Shown: in pieces, positions 19,042 through 32,309 of the stretch
Position numbering within the stretch: position 1 is the stretch's first letter
How the letters are laid out: the number at the start of each line of letters is the position of its first letter
Assembly: GCA_035294005.1 (NCBI GenBank)
Contig: DATGLT010000445.1
Span: forward strand, 400 to 64,399
Direction of reading: 5' to 3'
Source of the DNA: Verrucomicrobiia bacterium
GTDB lineage: Bacteria; Verrucomicrobiota; Verrucomicrobiia; Limisphaerales; UBA8199
DNA: 64,000 nucleotides
Made by a program: the position numbers and the translations under genes
The notes under the pieces: generated by a model
What the model saw: only the letters and a program-made list of their open reading frames with translations
Told to the model about the DNA's origin: nothing
Databases searched by the model: none

Positions 19042-19955
19042 TGGATCTGGCGCAACAAGCTGGGCATCCAATACAACATGAGGAAGTTGATCCCGTTGAA
19101 CATCGCATGGGCACAGATGGGAGCCAAAAGGTTGTCCGCGTACTCGTAGAGGACGGTCAGGGCGATTGCCAGGAGCAGCAGCGGGATAAAAGTGAGAAGG
19201 TTTTGGTGAATCGCGGCGAACAGGATCGCCGTCCCCCACAACGCGAGTCTCGGGAATCCCGCCCTTTTAATGGCGGTGTAAAGAATACCGCGGAAAAGCA
19301 ATTCCTCGGCAACCGGCGCCAGGAAGATTGTCACGATGCCCAGTACAACCCGGTGGACCCAGGTCACAGCCATTTGCAGTGTCTGGACTGATTCCTGTTC
19401 GTGGGGTTCGAGTTGCAGATGCGGGATGTGAACCATGATATACGCCGAAACCCACTGCACGACCACGCCCAACGGAATAAACAAACAGGCCATAATGATG
19501 CCCAGGAAAACCGCTCGGCGGCAGTTATTCGCGAAGCCAAACGCTTCCCGGGAGGTGAGTTGTTGCTCGCGCAAAAAGTGTGGAATAAAGACCAGCGCGG
19601 CACCTTGGAAACTCAGGGAAGCAACAACCATTTGCCCAATCGACGGCCCCATCGTTAGGTGGGCGTTCTTTTGCGCCCAGATACCGAGAATGAACCCGCC
19701 GTAAAGACAGACCAAATACCCCCCGAGTTTTGTAACGACCGTTTCGGGAGTCCAGGGCCGGTACACAAAGACGATCGCAGTTCCCATGCACCCCAGCGCC
19801 GAAGCGGTAAGACGATAAAACCGGAGATCCTGTCGGCTGCCGAGCCCAGAATGGTTCAAAACTCCGACAACCAGCGAGCCGCAAAAAAAGCAAGCCACCA
19901 AACACAGGAAAAGTCTCAGGATAGCGCCAGGGTTCCACGCTCTGACCGATAACAT
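19038..19955 (-). CDS. CPBP (CAAX/Abi) family intramembrane glutamic endopeptidase
   Basis: Multi-TM; APVAEELLFRG, FAAIH, LLAPICAHAMFN. Confidence 0.9.
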   Translation of the reverse strand: MLSVRAWNPGAILRLFLCLVACFFCGSLVVGVLNHSGLGSRQDLRFYRLTASALGCMGTAIVFVYRPWTPETVVTKLGGYLVCLYGGFILGIWAQKNAHLTMGPSIGQMVVASLSFQGAALVFIPHFLREQQLTSREAFGFANNCRRAVFLGIIMACLFIPLGVVVQWVSAYIMVHIPHLQLEPHEQESVQTLQMAVTWVHRVVLGIVTIFLAPVAEELLFRGILYTAIKRAGFPRLALWGTAILFAAIHQNLLTFIPLLLLAIALTVLYEYADNLLAPICAHAMFNGINFLMLYWMPSLLRQIQ

Positions 19956-19961
19956 CGCGGC

Positions 19962-19990
19962 AATTTACCGGAGCCACCCCGGAGTGACGA
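19962..19990 (-). promoter_or_regulatory. sigma70-like promoter (TCGTCA-17-TAAATT, 6 nt before ATG 19955)
   Basis: Minus strand reads TCGTCActccggggtggctccggTAAATTgccgcgATG. Confidence 0.45.
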
Positions 19991-20004
19991 GGAAATCCAG
20001 TGCT

Positions 20005-20033
20005 TTGCTCTTTGCGAGCGTTAAGGCTATGGT
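20005..20033 (+). promoter_or_regulatory. sigma70-like promoter (TTGCTC-17-TATGGT, 5 nt before GTG 20039)
   Basis: Plus strand reads TTGCTCtttgcgagcgttaaggcTATGGTggcctGTG. Confidence 0.5.
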
Positions 20034-20038
20034 GGCCT

Positions 20039-22126
20039 GTGAACACGGACTCCGTTTCCGCCGAACCACGCAAGCCCAACAGGCTGTCCAAAGAGAAGTC
20101 ACCTTACCTGCTGCAACACCAGTTTAACCCGGTCGACTGGTATGCGTGGGGAGCCGAGGCGTTCGAGTCCGCGAAAAGGCTGGATCGACCCATTTTCCTC
20201 AGCATCGGCTATTCAACCTGCCACTGGTGCCACGTCATGGAGCGTGAGTCGTTCGAGAACGAAGCCGTAGCCAAATTCCTCAATGAGCACTTTGTCAGCA
20301 TCAAAGTGGATCGCGAAGAACGCCCTGATGTGGACAAGATTTACATGAGTTTCGTTCAAGCCACCACCGGCCAGGGCGGGTGGCCTTTGAATGTGTTCCT
20401 GACCCCGGAGCTCAAACCATTTTTTGGAGGCACTTATTTCCCGCCCTCAAATAACCACGGCCGGCCGGGGTTTCTACAGTTGCTCCAGCAAATCGCCGAA
20501 CTTTGGGCCAACCGACGGCAGGACATCAGCGGGTCTGCCGAGGAAATTCATTCCAAGCTCCAAAGGGCCGCGGCAACCGGGCTGCAACCCGAAGACCGTT
20601 TTCTTTCCCAGGAAGTTCTGCGCCACGCCGGGCTGGCTTTCAAAGATAGTTACGACTCCGTCCACGGTGGATTTGGAGGCGCCCCGAAGTTCCCGCAACC
20701 GAGTCAGCCGGAGTTCCTCCTCCGATACGCGAAGAGATTTCACGACCAGGAAGCTACGCAAATGGTTCTTCACACGTGTGACGCAATGGCGGCCGGAGGA
20801 ATTCATGATCAGCTTGGCGGCGGGTTCGCGCGCTATTCTGTCGACGCGCAGTGGCTCGTCCCTCACTTCGAGAAAATGCTGTACGACAACGCACAACTGG
20901 CGCACCTGTTCCTGGACGCCTTCCTGGTCAGCGGCTCACACCACCATGCTTCCGTCGTCAGGGACGTTCTCGATTATGTGCTGCGCGACATGACCCATCC
21001 CCAGGGCGGCTTTTACTCCGCCGAAGACGCCGACAGCGAAGGGCACGAAGGAAAGTACTATTGCTGGACACGACAGGAACTCTCGAAGCTGCTCACGGCC
21101 GAGGAGTTTAATATCGGAACGAAATATTTCGGAATCACCGAACGCGGGAATTTCCTCGATCATAGCCACCCTCACCCATTGCCGGGACAAAATGTTTTAA
21201 GTATGGCGCATCCGAAGCTCCGGCCTCAGGACGAGGAACTGCTGGATTCGGCCAGGCGCAAGATGATTGCCGAGCGCGCCAAGCGGGTGCGCCCTCATTT
21301 GGATGACAAAATATTGGTTTCCTGGAACGGGTTGATGTTGGGAGCCATGGCTCGGGCCGCCGTTGTGCTGGGCGAAGCCCGCTACCGGAACGCCGCGGAG
21401 ACAAACCTGGCTTTCCTCCAAACGCGGCTGTGGGAGGCCCAAAGCCGCACCCTGTACCACCGATGGCGCGATGGCCAGCGCGATTCCGTCCAGTTGCTCG
21501 ACGGGTACGCCTTTTTACTGTCAGGCGTGCTTGACCTGTACGAAGCGACGGTCGAACCCAAACACCTGGAATTTGCGCTATCCCTCGCCGGTGCGATGCT
21601 CGAGAAATTTTACGATTCCCAGAACGGCGGCTTTTGGCAGGCAACCGCGGGCACCCCGGATCTCATATTGCGCATGAAAGAGGATTATGACGGCGCCGAG
21701 CCTTCCGGGAATTCGGTTGCATGCCTGGCGTTGTTGAAGCTGGGCAAAATCGCCGGAAAACCGGAATTTACGGCGGCGGCGGAGAAAACGCTGCGCCTCT
21801 TTTCCTCGCGGCTGGAACAATTCCCGCAGGCGGTGCCCTACATGCTCCAAGCCCTTGATTTTTCATTGGAAGAACCCAAACGCGCCGTGGTGGCGGGCGA
21901 ACCAGGCAAAGACGACACCGCTTCACTGCTGCATGCCGTGCATTCAGTTTTCGAACCGAACAAGGTCGTGTTAGGCAACCTTGGGCACGTCGAGGCGTTC
22001 GCTCAAACGCTGCCGGCAAAGGACCATGCCTTGCTATACCTTTGCACGGGAAATGCCTGCCAGGCGCCCACCCGCGATTCCGCCGCCATAACAAGCCTCC
22101 TGCGCGGTGAAAACCGAGTCAAATGA
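20039..22126 (+). CDS. YyaL/SPATA20-like thioredoxin domain-containing protein with six-hairpin glycosidase-like domain
   Basis: [74 protein letters not shown]. Confidence 0.92.
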   Translation: MNTDSVSAEPRKPNRLSKEKSPYLLQHQFNPVDWYAWGAEAFESAKRLDRPIFLSIGYSTCHWCHVMERESFENEAVAKFLNEHFVSIKVDREERPDVDKIYMSFVQATTGQGGWPLNVFLTPELKPFFGGTYFPPSNNHGRPGFLQLLQQIAELWANRRQDISGSAEEIHSKLQRAAATGLQPEDRFLSQEVLRHAGLAFKDSYDSVHGGFGGAPKFPQPSQPEFLLRYAKRFHDQEATQMVLHTCDAMAAGGIHDQLGGGFARYSVDAQWLVPHFEKMLYDNAQLAHLFLDAFLVSGSHHHASVVRDVLDYVLRDMTHPQGGFYSAEDADSEGHEGKYYCWTRQELSKLLTAEEFNIGTKYFGITERGNFLDHSHPHPLPGQNVLSMAHPKLRPQDEELLDSARRKMIAERAKRVRPHLDDKILVSWNGLMLGAMARAAVVLGEARYRNAAETNLAFLQTRLWEAQSRTLYHRWRDGQRDSVQLLDGYAFLLSGVLDLYEATVEPKHLEFALSLAGAMLEKFYDSQNGGFWQATAGTPDLILRMKEDYDGAEPSGNSVACLALLKLGKIAGKPEFTAAAEKTLRLFSSRLEQFPQAVPYMLQALDFSLEEPKRAVVAGEPGKDDTASLLHAVHSVFEPNKVVLGNLGHVEAFAQTLPAKDHALLYLCTGNACQAPTRDSAAITSLLRGENRVK

Positions 22127-22142
22127 GCTCGAGTCCACGAAT

Positions 22143-22562
22143 TCAGATGTAGTACATCTTTTCTTTTTCGGAACTTTCCTCGAGCAGTCTTTGAAACGTG
22201 ATGCCGGCCGCCGCCGATTCGAGACTTTCCTTGAGCCGATGCCAGGCTCGCCGCAATTCCGGCGGACACTCGGGATCGGACAACGCGGGGGTGTCAAACA
22301 CAGTGCCGTTGACGGCGCGAAGCACATCCGCAAGTGTGATTTCCGCCGGAGGGCGGGCCAGGAGATAACCGCCTTCTTTTCCTCGGAGGCTGCGCGCGAT
22401 GCCCTGGGACTTCAACTCAATGAGAATTTGAACCAGGTAGTTGCCGGGAATGCTCTGCTCGTCGGCCAGGTCTTCCACACGAACCGCCGTGCCCATTGCG
22501 AAATGGCGGGCCAGTCCAAGTACCGCGCGGGCCGCGTAATCAGTCTTTACCGAGAGCTTCAC
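22143..22562 (-). CDS. Rrf2 family transcriptional regulator (CymR-like, lacks the Fe-S Cys triad)
   Basis: MKLSVKTDYAARAVL, NYLVQILIELK, SLRGKEGGYLLARPPAEITL; only one Cys. Confidence 0.9.
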   Translation of the reverse strand: MKLSVKTDYAARAVLGLARHFAMGTAVRVEDLADEQSIPGNYLVQILIELKSQGIARSLRGKEGGYLLARPPAEITLADVLRAVNGTVFDTPALSDPECPPELRRAWHRLKESLESAAAGITFQRLLEESSEKEKMYYI

Positions 22563-22568
22563 CAGCCA

Positions 22569-22597
22569 AACTTATGCAGCCATCTCACGATCTGCAA
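22569..22597 (-). promoter_or_regulatory. sigma70-like promoter for rrf2 (TTGCAG-17-TAAGTT, 6 nt before GTG)
   Basis: Minus strand reads TTGCAGatcgtgagatggctgcaTAAGTTtggctgGTG. Confidence 0.55.
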
Positions 22598-22614
22598 TGG
22601 TGAAGGGTTCACGG

Positions 22615-23670
22615 TCAAAGGTTTCGATCGAGCCATTCAAGGGTGCGGTTCCACATGGCCTGGGTGTACACATGTCCAAGGCCGGGGTAGATGATGCTTT
22701 GGAACGCGGTTGGTTTGCCATAGAGCCGGTAAGCGGGCAACACGGCTGCTTCGATGTGACGGACGCCGTCAACCGGTGAACCGGCGTCCTGGTCGCCGGT
22801 TTGGAATAAGACAGGCCGCGGAGCAATGAGAGAGATAACAGCCTCGGTATCGAAATGGGAGAGAACTCCCGGGACGAAGTAATAAATGCCGTGAGCCTTG
22901 AGCTCCTGGTGCCGGATCAGATCCTGGTAACGGGTCATGCACGCCACGGCGACGCCCGTCTTGAGGCGATCGTCGAGCGCCATCAGCCACCAGGACCGGG
23001 TAGCGCCCATGCTGATGCCGGTAACTGCCAGCCGATTGGTATCCACCTCCGCTCGCGAGGCCAGGTAATCCAGGGCCATGAGGTCATCGCGCAGAATCAT
23101 CCCCCACAAAGTGCGCCCTACCCAAAGATTGAATTTGCTGGCTGTGGATTCGCCGGCGGAGCCCTTTTCTTCAGGCCCGCCCGGGCCGGCTCCATTGCGT
23201 TCGCCAAAACAATACGCATCGATCCCGACCACCACGAAGCCGCTGCGGGCCAGGGCCGGTCCTGGAGCTTCCGGAGTGTGGCGCGCCTGGAAGAGCTCCT
23301 CTTTGCCGATATCGTATTCACCGCCATGCCAATGGCAAAACAAGATTCCAGGAGCTTTGCCCGAGAGCTTTGAAGGAAGTATAAGATAGCCCGGCACCGT
23401 TGCTCCCGCCCCGTTATCAAACATGAACTTTTCCACGCGGTATTCACCGTGGTCTTCACGCGAAACCACCGAGACACTGGGCACCGGCGGTCGGGGCGGC
23501 AGCTTGCCCAACAAGTTCCAGAGCGTGGCCCTGATTTTTTTGCGCTCGGCCTCCCATTGCTCTTGAGAGGCAGGCACCGTGAAAGCCGGCGCCAGCTGCG
23601 AACTTTGCAGCCAGCGTTCGGGAGCTGTTCCGTTTGTTTGGGCCATCAATGTATGCGTTCCCGACAGCAC
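22615..23670 (-). CDS. Alpha/beta hydrolase (dienelactone hydrolase/acetyl xylan esterase-like)
   Basis: HWHGG, DAYCFGER, nucleophile elbow GISMG, LIAPRP, GDQD, GLGH. Confidence 0.85.
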   Translation of the reverse strand: MLSGTHTLMAQTNGTAPERWLQSSQLAPAFTVPASQEQWEAERKKIRATLWNLLGKLPPRPPVPSVSVVSREDHGEYRVEKFMFDNGAGATVPGYLILPSKLSGKAPGILFCHWHGGEYDIGKEELFQARHTPEAPGPALARSGFVVVGIDAYCFGERNGAGPGGPEEKGSAGESTASKFNLWVGRTLWGMILRDDLMALDYLASRAEVDTNRLAVTGISMGATRSWWLMALDDRLKTGVAVACMTRYQDLIRHQELKAHGIYYFVPGVLSHFDTEAVISLIAPRPVLFQTGDQDAGSPVDGVRHIEAAVLPAYRLYGKPTAFQSIIYPGLGHVYTQAMWNRTLEWLDRNL

Positions 23671-23723
23671 AAGTGTCGCCGTAACACAGTTGAGAGTTGA
23701 ACTTTTCAGATAAAGAAACGCCC

Positions 23724-26580
<2,857 letters not shown>

Positions 26581-26600
26581 CGCCCGATCGCAACGGCCAC

Positions 26601-26629
26601 AAAATAGGTCGGCGCGGCTGGCCGTGCAA
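26601..26629 (-). promoter_or_regulatory. sigma70-like promoter (TTGCAC-17-TATTTT) for the methyltransferase-ligA unit
   Basis: Minus strand reads TTGCACggccagccgcgccgaccTATTTT, 20 nt before ATG 26580. Confidence 0.4.
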
Positions 26630-26680
26630 TCGGCTTTTTTCCGGTGCGGTCCCGTGCTGAAAACAGGCCGAGGCCGTTGT

Positions 26681-27193
26681 TCAGTGGCCGTTCCCGTTCT
26701 CCGGACCCGCCTTTGAACGCGTTCGTTGTTCGCTGAAGAATCTTTGCAACAGGGCCCTACATTCCGCCTCGCGCACCCCGCCCGTGATTTCGCACCTGTG
26801 ATTCAAAGTCGGAAACTGCAGCAAGTTCAAAGCGCTGCCCGCAGCGCCCCCTTTAGGATCGCTGGCACCGAAGACCACTCTTGCAAGCCGCACGTGAACA
26901 ATCGCCCCGGCGCACATGGGACAAGGCTCCTTGGAAACATACAACGTGCAGTCGGTCAATCGCCAGTCGCCCAAAGCCTCTTCCGCCTGGGTAACAGCCA
27001 GCATCTCGGCATGGGCGGTGGCATCTTTAAGCAATTCAACCTGGTTATATGCGCGGGCGATGATATGGCCTTCGCGCACGATCACCGCGCCTACGGGAAC
27101 TTCCTCCGCGGCGTACGCCTTCGTCGCCTGGCGCAAAGCTTCCCCCATAAAGTAGTGGTCGCTTTGAAGGTCGATGATCGGCTCGTCCGGCAT
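26681..27193 (-). CDS. tadA: tRNA adenosine(34) deaminase TadA
   Basis: EVPVGAVIV, TAHAEML, KEPCPMCAGAI, FGASDPKGGA; start moved to MPDEP at 27193. Confidence 0.93.
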   Translation of the reverse strand: MPDEPIIDLQSDHYFMGEALRQATKAYAAEEVPVGAVIVREGHIIARAYNQVELLKDATAHAEMLAVTQAEEALGDWRLTDCTLYVSKEPCPMCAGAIVHVRLARVVFGASDPKGGAAGSALNLLQFPTLNHRCEITGGVREAECRALLQRFFSEQRTRSKAGPENGNGH

Positions 27194-27197
27194 TGCG

Positions 27198-27713
27198 CTA
27201 AGGTGCGGGGAATCGCGGTTGAGCCGGCCAAGCCTCTTCCAGTGTCCAGTTGTAAGTCCCGTCGTCCTGATACCGGCAGTGCGCCGCGAAAAAGCCGCCG
27301 CGGTACTGCCAAAACCAGGGCCAGATGCGTTCACGGTCCGTCTCCGGCAATTCCAAGGTCATCAGTTCCTCGCGCCGGATAAACTCAAACCTGCCTTCGC
27401 GATGAGGCGCCGGGAGGGTATTGAGCTTTGGTTTGACCTCAAAAAGAAACATCAACCAATGGTGCCCCCGGTACCCGCGCTCGCTGACGATTCCGGCCAG
27501 GTGCAAATCCGAAACCGAAATAGTCACCTGCATCTCCTCCCGTGCCTCGCGGCAGGCACAAGCATACGGTGACTCTCCATCATCGGTCTGCAGTTTCCCC
27601 CCGCACGGGCTCCACAGCCCCAGGTTCGGTTCCTGTCCGCGTTTCATCAGCAAAATCTCGTCTCTGTCATTGAAACAATACAACAGCGTCGAGATCTTGT
27701 AGGGCATCGTCAT
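27198..27713 (-). CDS. NUDIX hydrolase
   Basis: Nudix box GGKLQTDDGESPYACACREAREEM. Confidence 0.85.
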   Translation of the reverse strand: MTMPYKISTLLYCFNDRDEILLMKRGQEPNLGLWSPCGGKLQTDDGESPYACACREAREEMQVTISVSDLHLAGIVSERGYRGHHWLMFLFEVKPKLNTLPAPHREGRFEFIRREELMTLELPETDRERIWPWFWQYRGGFFAAHCRYQDDGTYNWTLEEAWPAQPRFPAP

Positions 27714-27734
27714 TGATCGGGGCAGCGGGCCGCA

Positions 27735-29027
27735 TTAGCGCTTCTCGACGCAGTAAAGGTTCTTGGCAGTCCGGATAAACAGTCCGCCGCCCGCGACGGC
27801 GATGGAAGCGCGCACGGGTGATTCGCCCATTGGGATAGTGGCCAAAACTTTGAACTCTTCACCTGCCGAAAGCACAACGGCTGTGCCGCTCTCGCTGATG
27901 CAATAAATCTTCCCATCGGCGCCCGTTGGGGAAGCTCGAAAGATTTCGTGAATGCCGAGGTTGCCCTGCCAGATCTTCTGTCCGGTTCGCGGCTGGAGGC
28001 ACGTAAGGACCTGGCGGTCCCCATCGAGCACGAACAAGCGGTCACGGTAGACCAGGGGCGTACAGCAGTCCGAAGGAAAGTCGCTGAATTTCCAGAGCGT
28101 GTGCGTCGTCGTGACCAGGCCCTGGCCGCCGTCCTTGATGGCCAGCACCGGGTCACGCTTGGGTCCACAGGCGAACACGATTCCGTCGAAGGCGACTGGC
28201 GACGGCACGATCCGCCAAAACGGTTCATGCTTGTCGTTCAACCCCCCGCAGCGCCAAATTTCCGCCCCGTCCTCTGCTTTGTGAGCTGTCACATAATTGC
28301 CGCCCACGACAATGATTTCAGTTCCTGCGCCGGTCTCGAGCGGCAACGGCGTTGTATACGCTTCCTGCGCTTCGCTGAACGCATCGGTGTCGCGCACGTG
28401 GCGCCATAACTTGTCGCCGGTTGCAGGATCCAAACAAAGAAGATACGACTCGCGGTCAGGCCGCCCGTCCTGTGCGTGGGAATATTCCACTTTCCGCTGT
28501 TGCAGCACCTCGACGTAAAGCTTTCCCCGGTACAACATCGGGCTGGATCCGTAAATCCAGTTAACGGCGAATCGGCCGTACTCCGTCGCCAGATTGCGGT
28601 GCCAGATTTCCTTGCCTGAAAAATCAAACGCAGCGAGATCCCCGGTTGCGAACAGAATAAAAACCCGGTTCCCGTCCGTTGCGGGTGAAGGCGAGGCCGT
28701 ATTGTTGCGGCCTTTGTCAAAATCACCCGTGCTCACTTTGCGTTTCCACCGGGCGCCTCCCGTTTTGCGGTCCAGGCAAAGCAGCCAGAGAGCCTTTTCG
28801 TCGTCCGGGCTTGAAACGAACACAGAGTCGCCCCAGACGACCGGTGTCGCCCCGCTGTAACCTGGCATGGGCGTTGTCCAGGCGATATTCTCCGTTCTGG
28901 TCCACTGGCTCGGCAGGTTCTCCTCGGTTGTTGAGCCGTTGAAAGAAGGCCCTCGCCATTGCGGCCAATTTTCCGCCTCCGAAATTGAGACGAATGCCAG
29001 GAAAGCAAGCAGAACAAAGGGTTTCAT
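27735..29027 (-). CDS. Secreted PQQ-binding-like beta-propeller protein
   Basis: Signal peptide [12 protein letters not shown]; WPQWRGP; repeated SPV/G..W units ([27 protein letters not shown]). Confidence 0.88.
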   Translation of the reverse strand: MKPFVLLAFLAFVSISEAENWPQWRGPSFNGSTTEENLPSQWTRTENIAWTTPMPGYSGATPVVWGDSVFVSSPDDEKALWLLCLDRKTGGARWKRKVSTGDFDKGRNNTASPSPATDGNRVFILFATGDLAAFDFSGKEIWHRNLATEYGRFAVNWIYGSSPMLYRGKLYVEVLQQRKVEYSHAQDGRPDRESYLLCLDPATGDKLWRHVRDTDAFSEAQEAYTTPLPLETGAGTEIIVVGGNYVTAHKAEDGAEIWRCGGLNDKHEPFWRIVPSPVAFDGIVFACGPKRDPVLAIKDGGQGLVTTTHTLWKFSDFPSDCCTPLVYRDRLFVLDGDRQVLTCLQPRTGQKIWQGNLGIHEIFRASPTGADGKIYCISESGTAVVLSAGEEFKVLATIPMGESPVRASIAVAGGGLFIRTAKNLYCVEKR

Positions 29028-29068
29028 AGCGGTGTCAAATGACTGGAACAAAGTCCGGTATGGGTTGA

Positions 29069-29096
29069 ACTCTAAAACGTGAGCGTTGAAGGTCAA
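29069..29096 (-). promoter_or_regulatory. sigma70-like promoter (TTGACC-16-TAGAGT)
   Basis: Minus strand reads TTGACCttcaacgctcacgtttTAGAGT upstream of ATG 29027. Confidence 0.4.
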
Positions 29097-29163
29097 GAGC
29101 GCCTATCCTGATTCTGACAACCGGGACGGCGCAATCGGCCCATTGCCCTCCCTTAAAATTCCG

Positions 29164-29191
29164 TTGCCACTGCAGCCGGAATGATTAGCAT
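29164..29191 (+). promoter_or_regulatory. sigma70-like promoter for leuB (TTGCCA-16-TAGCAT)
   Basis: Plus strand reads TTGCCActgcagccggaatgatTAGCAT. Confidence 0.4.
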
Positions 29192-29226
29192 CAGCCTCCC
29201 CGCCGCCGGGCGGGGATGATTTTTTA

Positions 29227-30285
29227 ATGAAAACCTACGATATTGCGCTCATTGGCGGTGACGGCACGGGACCCGAAGTTGTGCACGAGGCCGTAAAGGT
29301 ACTCGACGTTGCGGCAAAGAAATTCGATCTCAAGCTCAATTACACCAAGTATGACCTCGGTGGAGACCGCTATCTGCGGACCGGTGAGGTTCTGCCGGAC
29401 AGTGTGCTCGAAGAGCTGCGCAAATTCCCGGCGATTCTTCTGGGCGCCATCGGCCATCCAAACGTCAAGCCCGGCATTCTTGAAAAAGGCATTCTTCTGC
29501 GCACGCGCTTCGAATTGGAGCAGTACATCAATTTGCGGCCCGTAAAGCTTTATGACGAGCGGTTCTGTCCGCTCAAAGATAAGAAACCGGAAGACATCGA
29601 TTTTGTCGTGGTTCGCGAAAACAACGAAGGATTGTACACTGGGGCGGGCGGTTTTGTGTTCAAGGGCACCCCGAACGAAGTCGCGTTGCAGGAGAGCGTC
29701 AATACCCGGCGCGGAGTCGAACGGTGTCTGCGGTTCGCGTTCGAATACACCCGCAAGCGCAACAAAGACAGAAAACTTACGCTCAGCGGGAAGACGAACG
29801 TCCTTACGTTCGCTTTCGACCTGTGGGAGCGCGCGTTCAATGAAGTTGGCGAGAAGGATTTCAAAGACATCAAACGCGACTATGCCCACGTTGACGCCAC
29901 AACGATGTGGTTTGTGAAAAACCCGGAATGGTTCGATGTGATTGTGACCGACAATATGTTCGGTGACATCATTACTGACCTAGGTGCCATGGTTCAGGGT
30001 GGAATGGGAATCGCCGCAGGTGGGAACATTAATCCTAAAGGCACCAGCATGTTCGAACCCATAGGCGGCAGCGCGCCTAAATACACGGGACAAGGGGTAA
30101 TCAATCCGCTGGCAGCAATTTGTGCCGGCCAGATGCTCCTGGATTTCCTCGGTGAAACTCAGGCCGCCAAGGCAATCGAGACCGCCGTGATCAAGATCGT
30201 CCGGGAGAAAATCAAAAGTTTGGCGGCCGGCAAGATGGGCTTTAGCACCTCCCAAGTCGGAGATCTTGTTGCAGCAGCGGTTTAG
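29227..30285 (+). CDS. leuB: 3-isopropylmalate dehydrogenase
   Basis: [54 protein letters not shown]. Confidence 0.88.
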   Translation: MKTYDIALIGGDGTGPEVVHEAVKVLDVAAKKFDLKLNYTKYDLGGDRYLRTGEVLPDSVLEELRKFPAILLGAIGHPNVKPGILEKGILLRTRFELEQYINLRPVKLYDERFCPLKDKKPEDIDFVVVRENNEGLYTGAGGFVFKGTPNEVALQESVNTRRGVERCLRFAFEYTRKRNKDRKLTLSGKTNVLTFAFDLWERAFNEVGEKDFKDIKRDYAHVDATTMWFVKNPEWFDVIVTDNMFGDIITDLGAMVQGGMGIAAGGNINPKGTSMFEPIGGSAPKYTGQGVINPLAAICAGQMLLDFLGETQAAKAIETAVIKIVREKIKSLAAGKMGFSTSQVGDLVAAAV

Positions 30286-30352
30286 CGGTTGTTTAGACGG
30301 CCTGCCTGAATGCGCGCTTCGCGCCGGGCTTGAAAAAGGCCGGCCTTTGGCA

Positions 30353-30381
30353 TTGACAATAGGTTGTCGCAATGGCAAACT
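30353..30381 (+). promoter_or_regulatory. Promoter TTGACA-17-CAAACT overlapped by the inverted repeat GACAA-tagg-TTGTC (candidate MarR operator)
   Basis: Perfect -35 at 30353-30358; palindrome at 30355-30368; ATG at 30391. Confidence 0.5.
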
Positions 30382-30390
30382 CTCGCTTAC

Positions 30391-30996
30391 ATGGCGCACG
30401 TTGCTATTCCCAAAGATCCGCTACCCTCACCCGAATCACTCGACAACCCCGAACGGGTTCCTTTTACAGTCCTGCTGACGGAAATCAATTCCGTGGCCAT
30501 TCGCTTGCGGCAAAGGGCGCGGGCGACCCGGAGTTCTCCGGCGGATTTACCTGGAGCGGCGCAATCGGTGCTGGAAATCCTGGGGCGGCGGGGAGCGATG
30601 ACAGTTCCACAAATTGCTCGGGAGCGATCCACGTCGCGGCAGAACATTCAAATGCTGGTGGACAGGCTGGTCTCACAAGAACGCCTCGAGTTTTGTTCGA
30701 ACCCTTCGCATAAGAAGTCCGCCCTGGTCCGATTAACGCCCGGGGGAAAGACTCTGTTGGGCGCAGGAGCGTCGAACCAAAAAGAACTTTTGGGGGAGCT
30801 TGAGTCGAGCTTTTCGACAGCGGAAATGAAGACAACGCTTAAAGTGCTGCGGGGGATTTACGACTTGCTGTCCAAGCACCCGGAGAGGACCAGTATGCAA
30901 AAGCCCGCCGCTGGCCAGCAACTGACTCACCGCCAAAAACAAACACTTCCCGAACGCGAAGCAGTTATCGAGGATTTTCCGGTGGCGCTGCTATAG
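30391..30996 (+). CDS. MarR family winged-helix transcriptional regulator
   Basis: MTVPQIARERSTSRQNIQMLVDRL...NPSHKKSALVRLTPGG. Confidence 0.85.
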   Translation: MAHVAIPKDPLPSPESLDNPERVPFTVLLTEINSVAIRLRQRARATRSSPADLPGAAQSVLEILGRRGAMTVPQIARERSTSRQNIQMLVDRLVSQERLEFCSNPSHKKSALVRLTPGGKTLLGAGASNQKELLGELESSFSTAEMKTTLKVLRGIYDLLSKHPERTSMQKPAAGQQLTHRQKQTLPEREAVIEDFPVALL

Positions 30997-31018
30997 GGGC
31001 ATCAGCGGAAAGTAAGAT

Positions 31019-32305
31019 TCAGGCGGCCGCGCGACCGTGCTTGCGACGCACCAAAGGCTTGGTTTCACCACGCACCACCGGTTGAGTGATATTGACCTGG
31101 ATGATGTCGTCGCTGGAGGGCACGTCATACATCACGTCCAGCATTAACTTTTCCAATAGACTGCGCAGGGCCCGGGCGCCAGTGCCTTTACGAATCGCCT
31201 GCGCGGCAAGTTCGCCGAGGGCATCTGATGAGAATTCCAATTCGACGCCTTCCATGGCCATTAACTTGGCGTACTGCTTGGTGAGCGCGTTCCTGGTGTC
31301 TGTGAGAATTGAGACCAATTGCTGCTCGGTCAATTCAGCCAGGACAGTCACCATTGGCAACCTGCCGATGAACTCGGGGATGAAGCCAAACCCAAGCAGG
31401 TCTTCCGGCTCAATATGCTGCAGAACTTCCTGCCTCGCGATGCTTGCCGCGCGAAACCCTTCTTCGGCGGCTCGAAAACCCATCACGTGCTTGCCGAGCC
31501 TTCGCTGAATGATTCGCTCCAAACCAACGAAGGCGCCACCGCAAATGAACAGGATATCGGTGGTATCGACGCGAATATATTCCTGTTGAGGATGTTTGCG
31601 TCCGCCTTGAGGAGGGACATTGCAGATGGTCCCTTCGAGGATTTTCAGGAGCGCCTGCTGAACGCCCTCCCCGGAAACGTCACGAGTGATTGAGACATTT
31701 TCGGTTTTGCGCGCAATTTTATCGATCTCATCAATATAAACGATGCCTCGCTGGGCGCGTTTGACGTCATAGTCGGCATTCTGCAACAACCGCAAGACGA
31801 TATTTTCGACGTCCTCCCCGACGTATCCCGCTTCGGTCAAGGTCGTCGCGTCGGCCATTGCGAAAGGCACATCGAGGATTTGAGCGAGGGTGCGGGCCAG
31901 CAGCGTCTTGCCGGATCCCGTAGGGCCGATCATCAGGATGTTGCTCTTTTCAATTTCGACTTCAGCGTGCGGATCCTTGGGCGGGGAATCCTCTTCGGTG
32001 TTGGAGGAGTGGTCCTGCAGGATGCGTTTGTAGTGGTTGTGCACCGCTACCGCCAGGGTCTTTTTGGCATGGTCCTGCCCGACACAGTTCAGATCCAGTT
32101 GGCGCTTGATTTCAGCTGGCTTTGGAACGCTGATCTTGGGCTTGGTTTTCCTTGCCTGAGACGCAAGTTCCTTGTCGAGGACCTGCTTGCAGAGCACGAC
32201 GCAATTGTCGCAGATGTAGACCCCGGGCCCGGCGATAAGCTTTTTGACTTCAGCATGTGACTTGCCGCAGAAACTGCACAGAGTGATATTCGTCGGGCGC
32301 GCCAT
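31019..32305 (-). CDS. clpX: ATP-dependent Clp protease ATP-binding subunit ClpX
   Basis: CSFCGK...ICDNC zinc-binding domain, [37 protein letters not shown]; start at MARP 32305. Confidence 0.98.
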   Translation of the reverse strand: MARPTNITLCSFCGKSHAEVKKLIAGPGVYICDNCVVLCKQVLDKELASQARKTKPKISVPKPAEIKRQLDLNCVGQDHAKKTLAVAVHNHYKRILQDHSSNTEEDSPPKDPHAEVEIEKSNILMIGPTGSGKTLLARTLAQILDVPFAMADATTLTEAGYVGEDVENIVLRLLQNADYDVKRAQRGIVYIDEIDKIARKTENVSITRDVSGEGVQQALLKILEGTICNVPPQGGRKHPQQEYIRVDTTDILFICGGAFVGLERIIQRRLGKHVMGFRAAEEGFRAASIARQEVLQHIEPEDLLGFGFIPEFIGRLPMVTVLAELTEQQLVSILTDTRNALTKQYAKLMAMEGVELEFSSDALGELAAQAIRKGTGARALRSLLEKLMLDVMYDVPSSDDIIQVNITQPVVRGETKPLVRRKHGRAAA

Positions 32306-32309
32306 GAGC

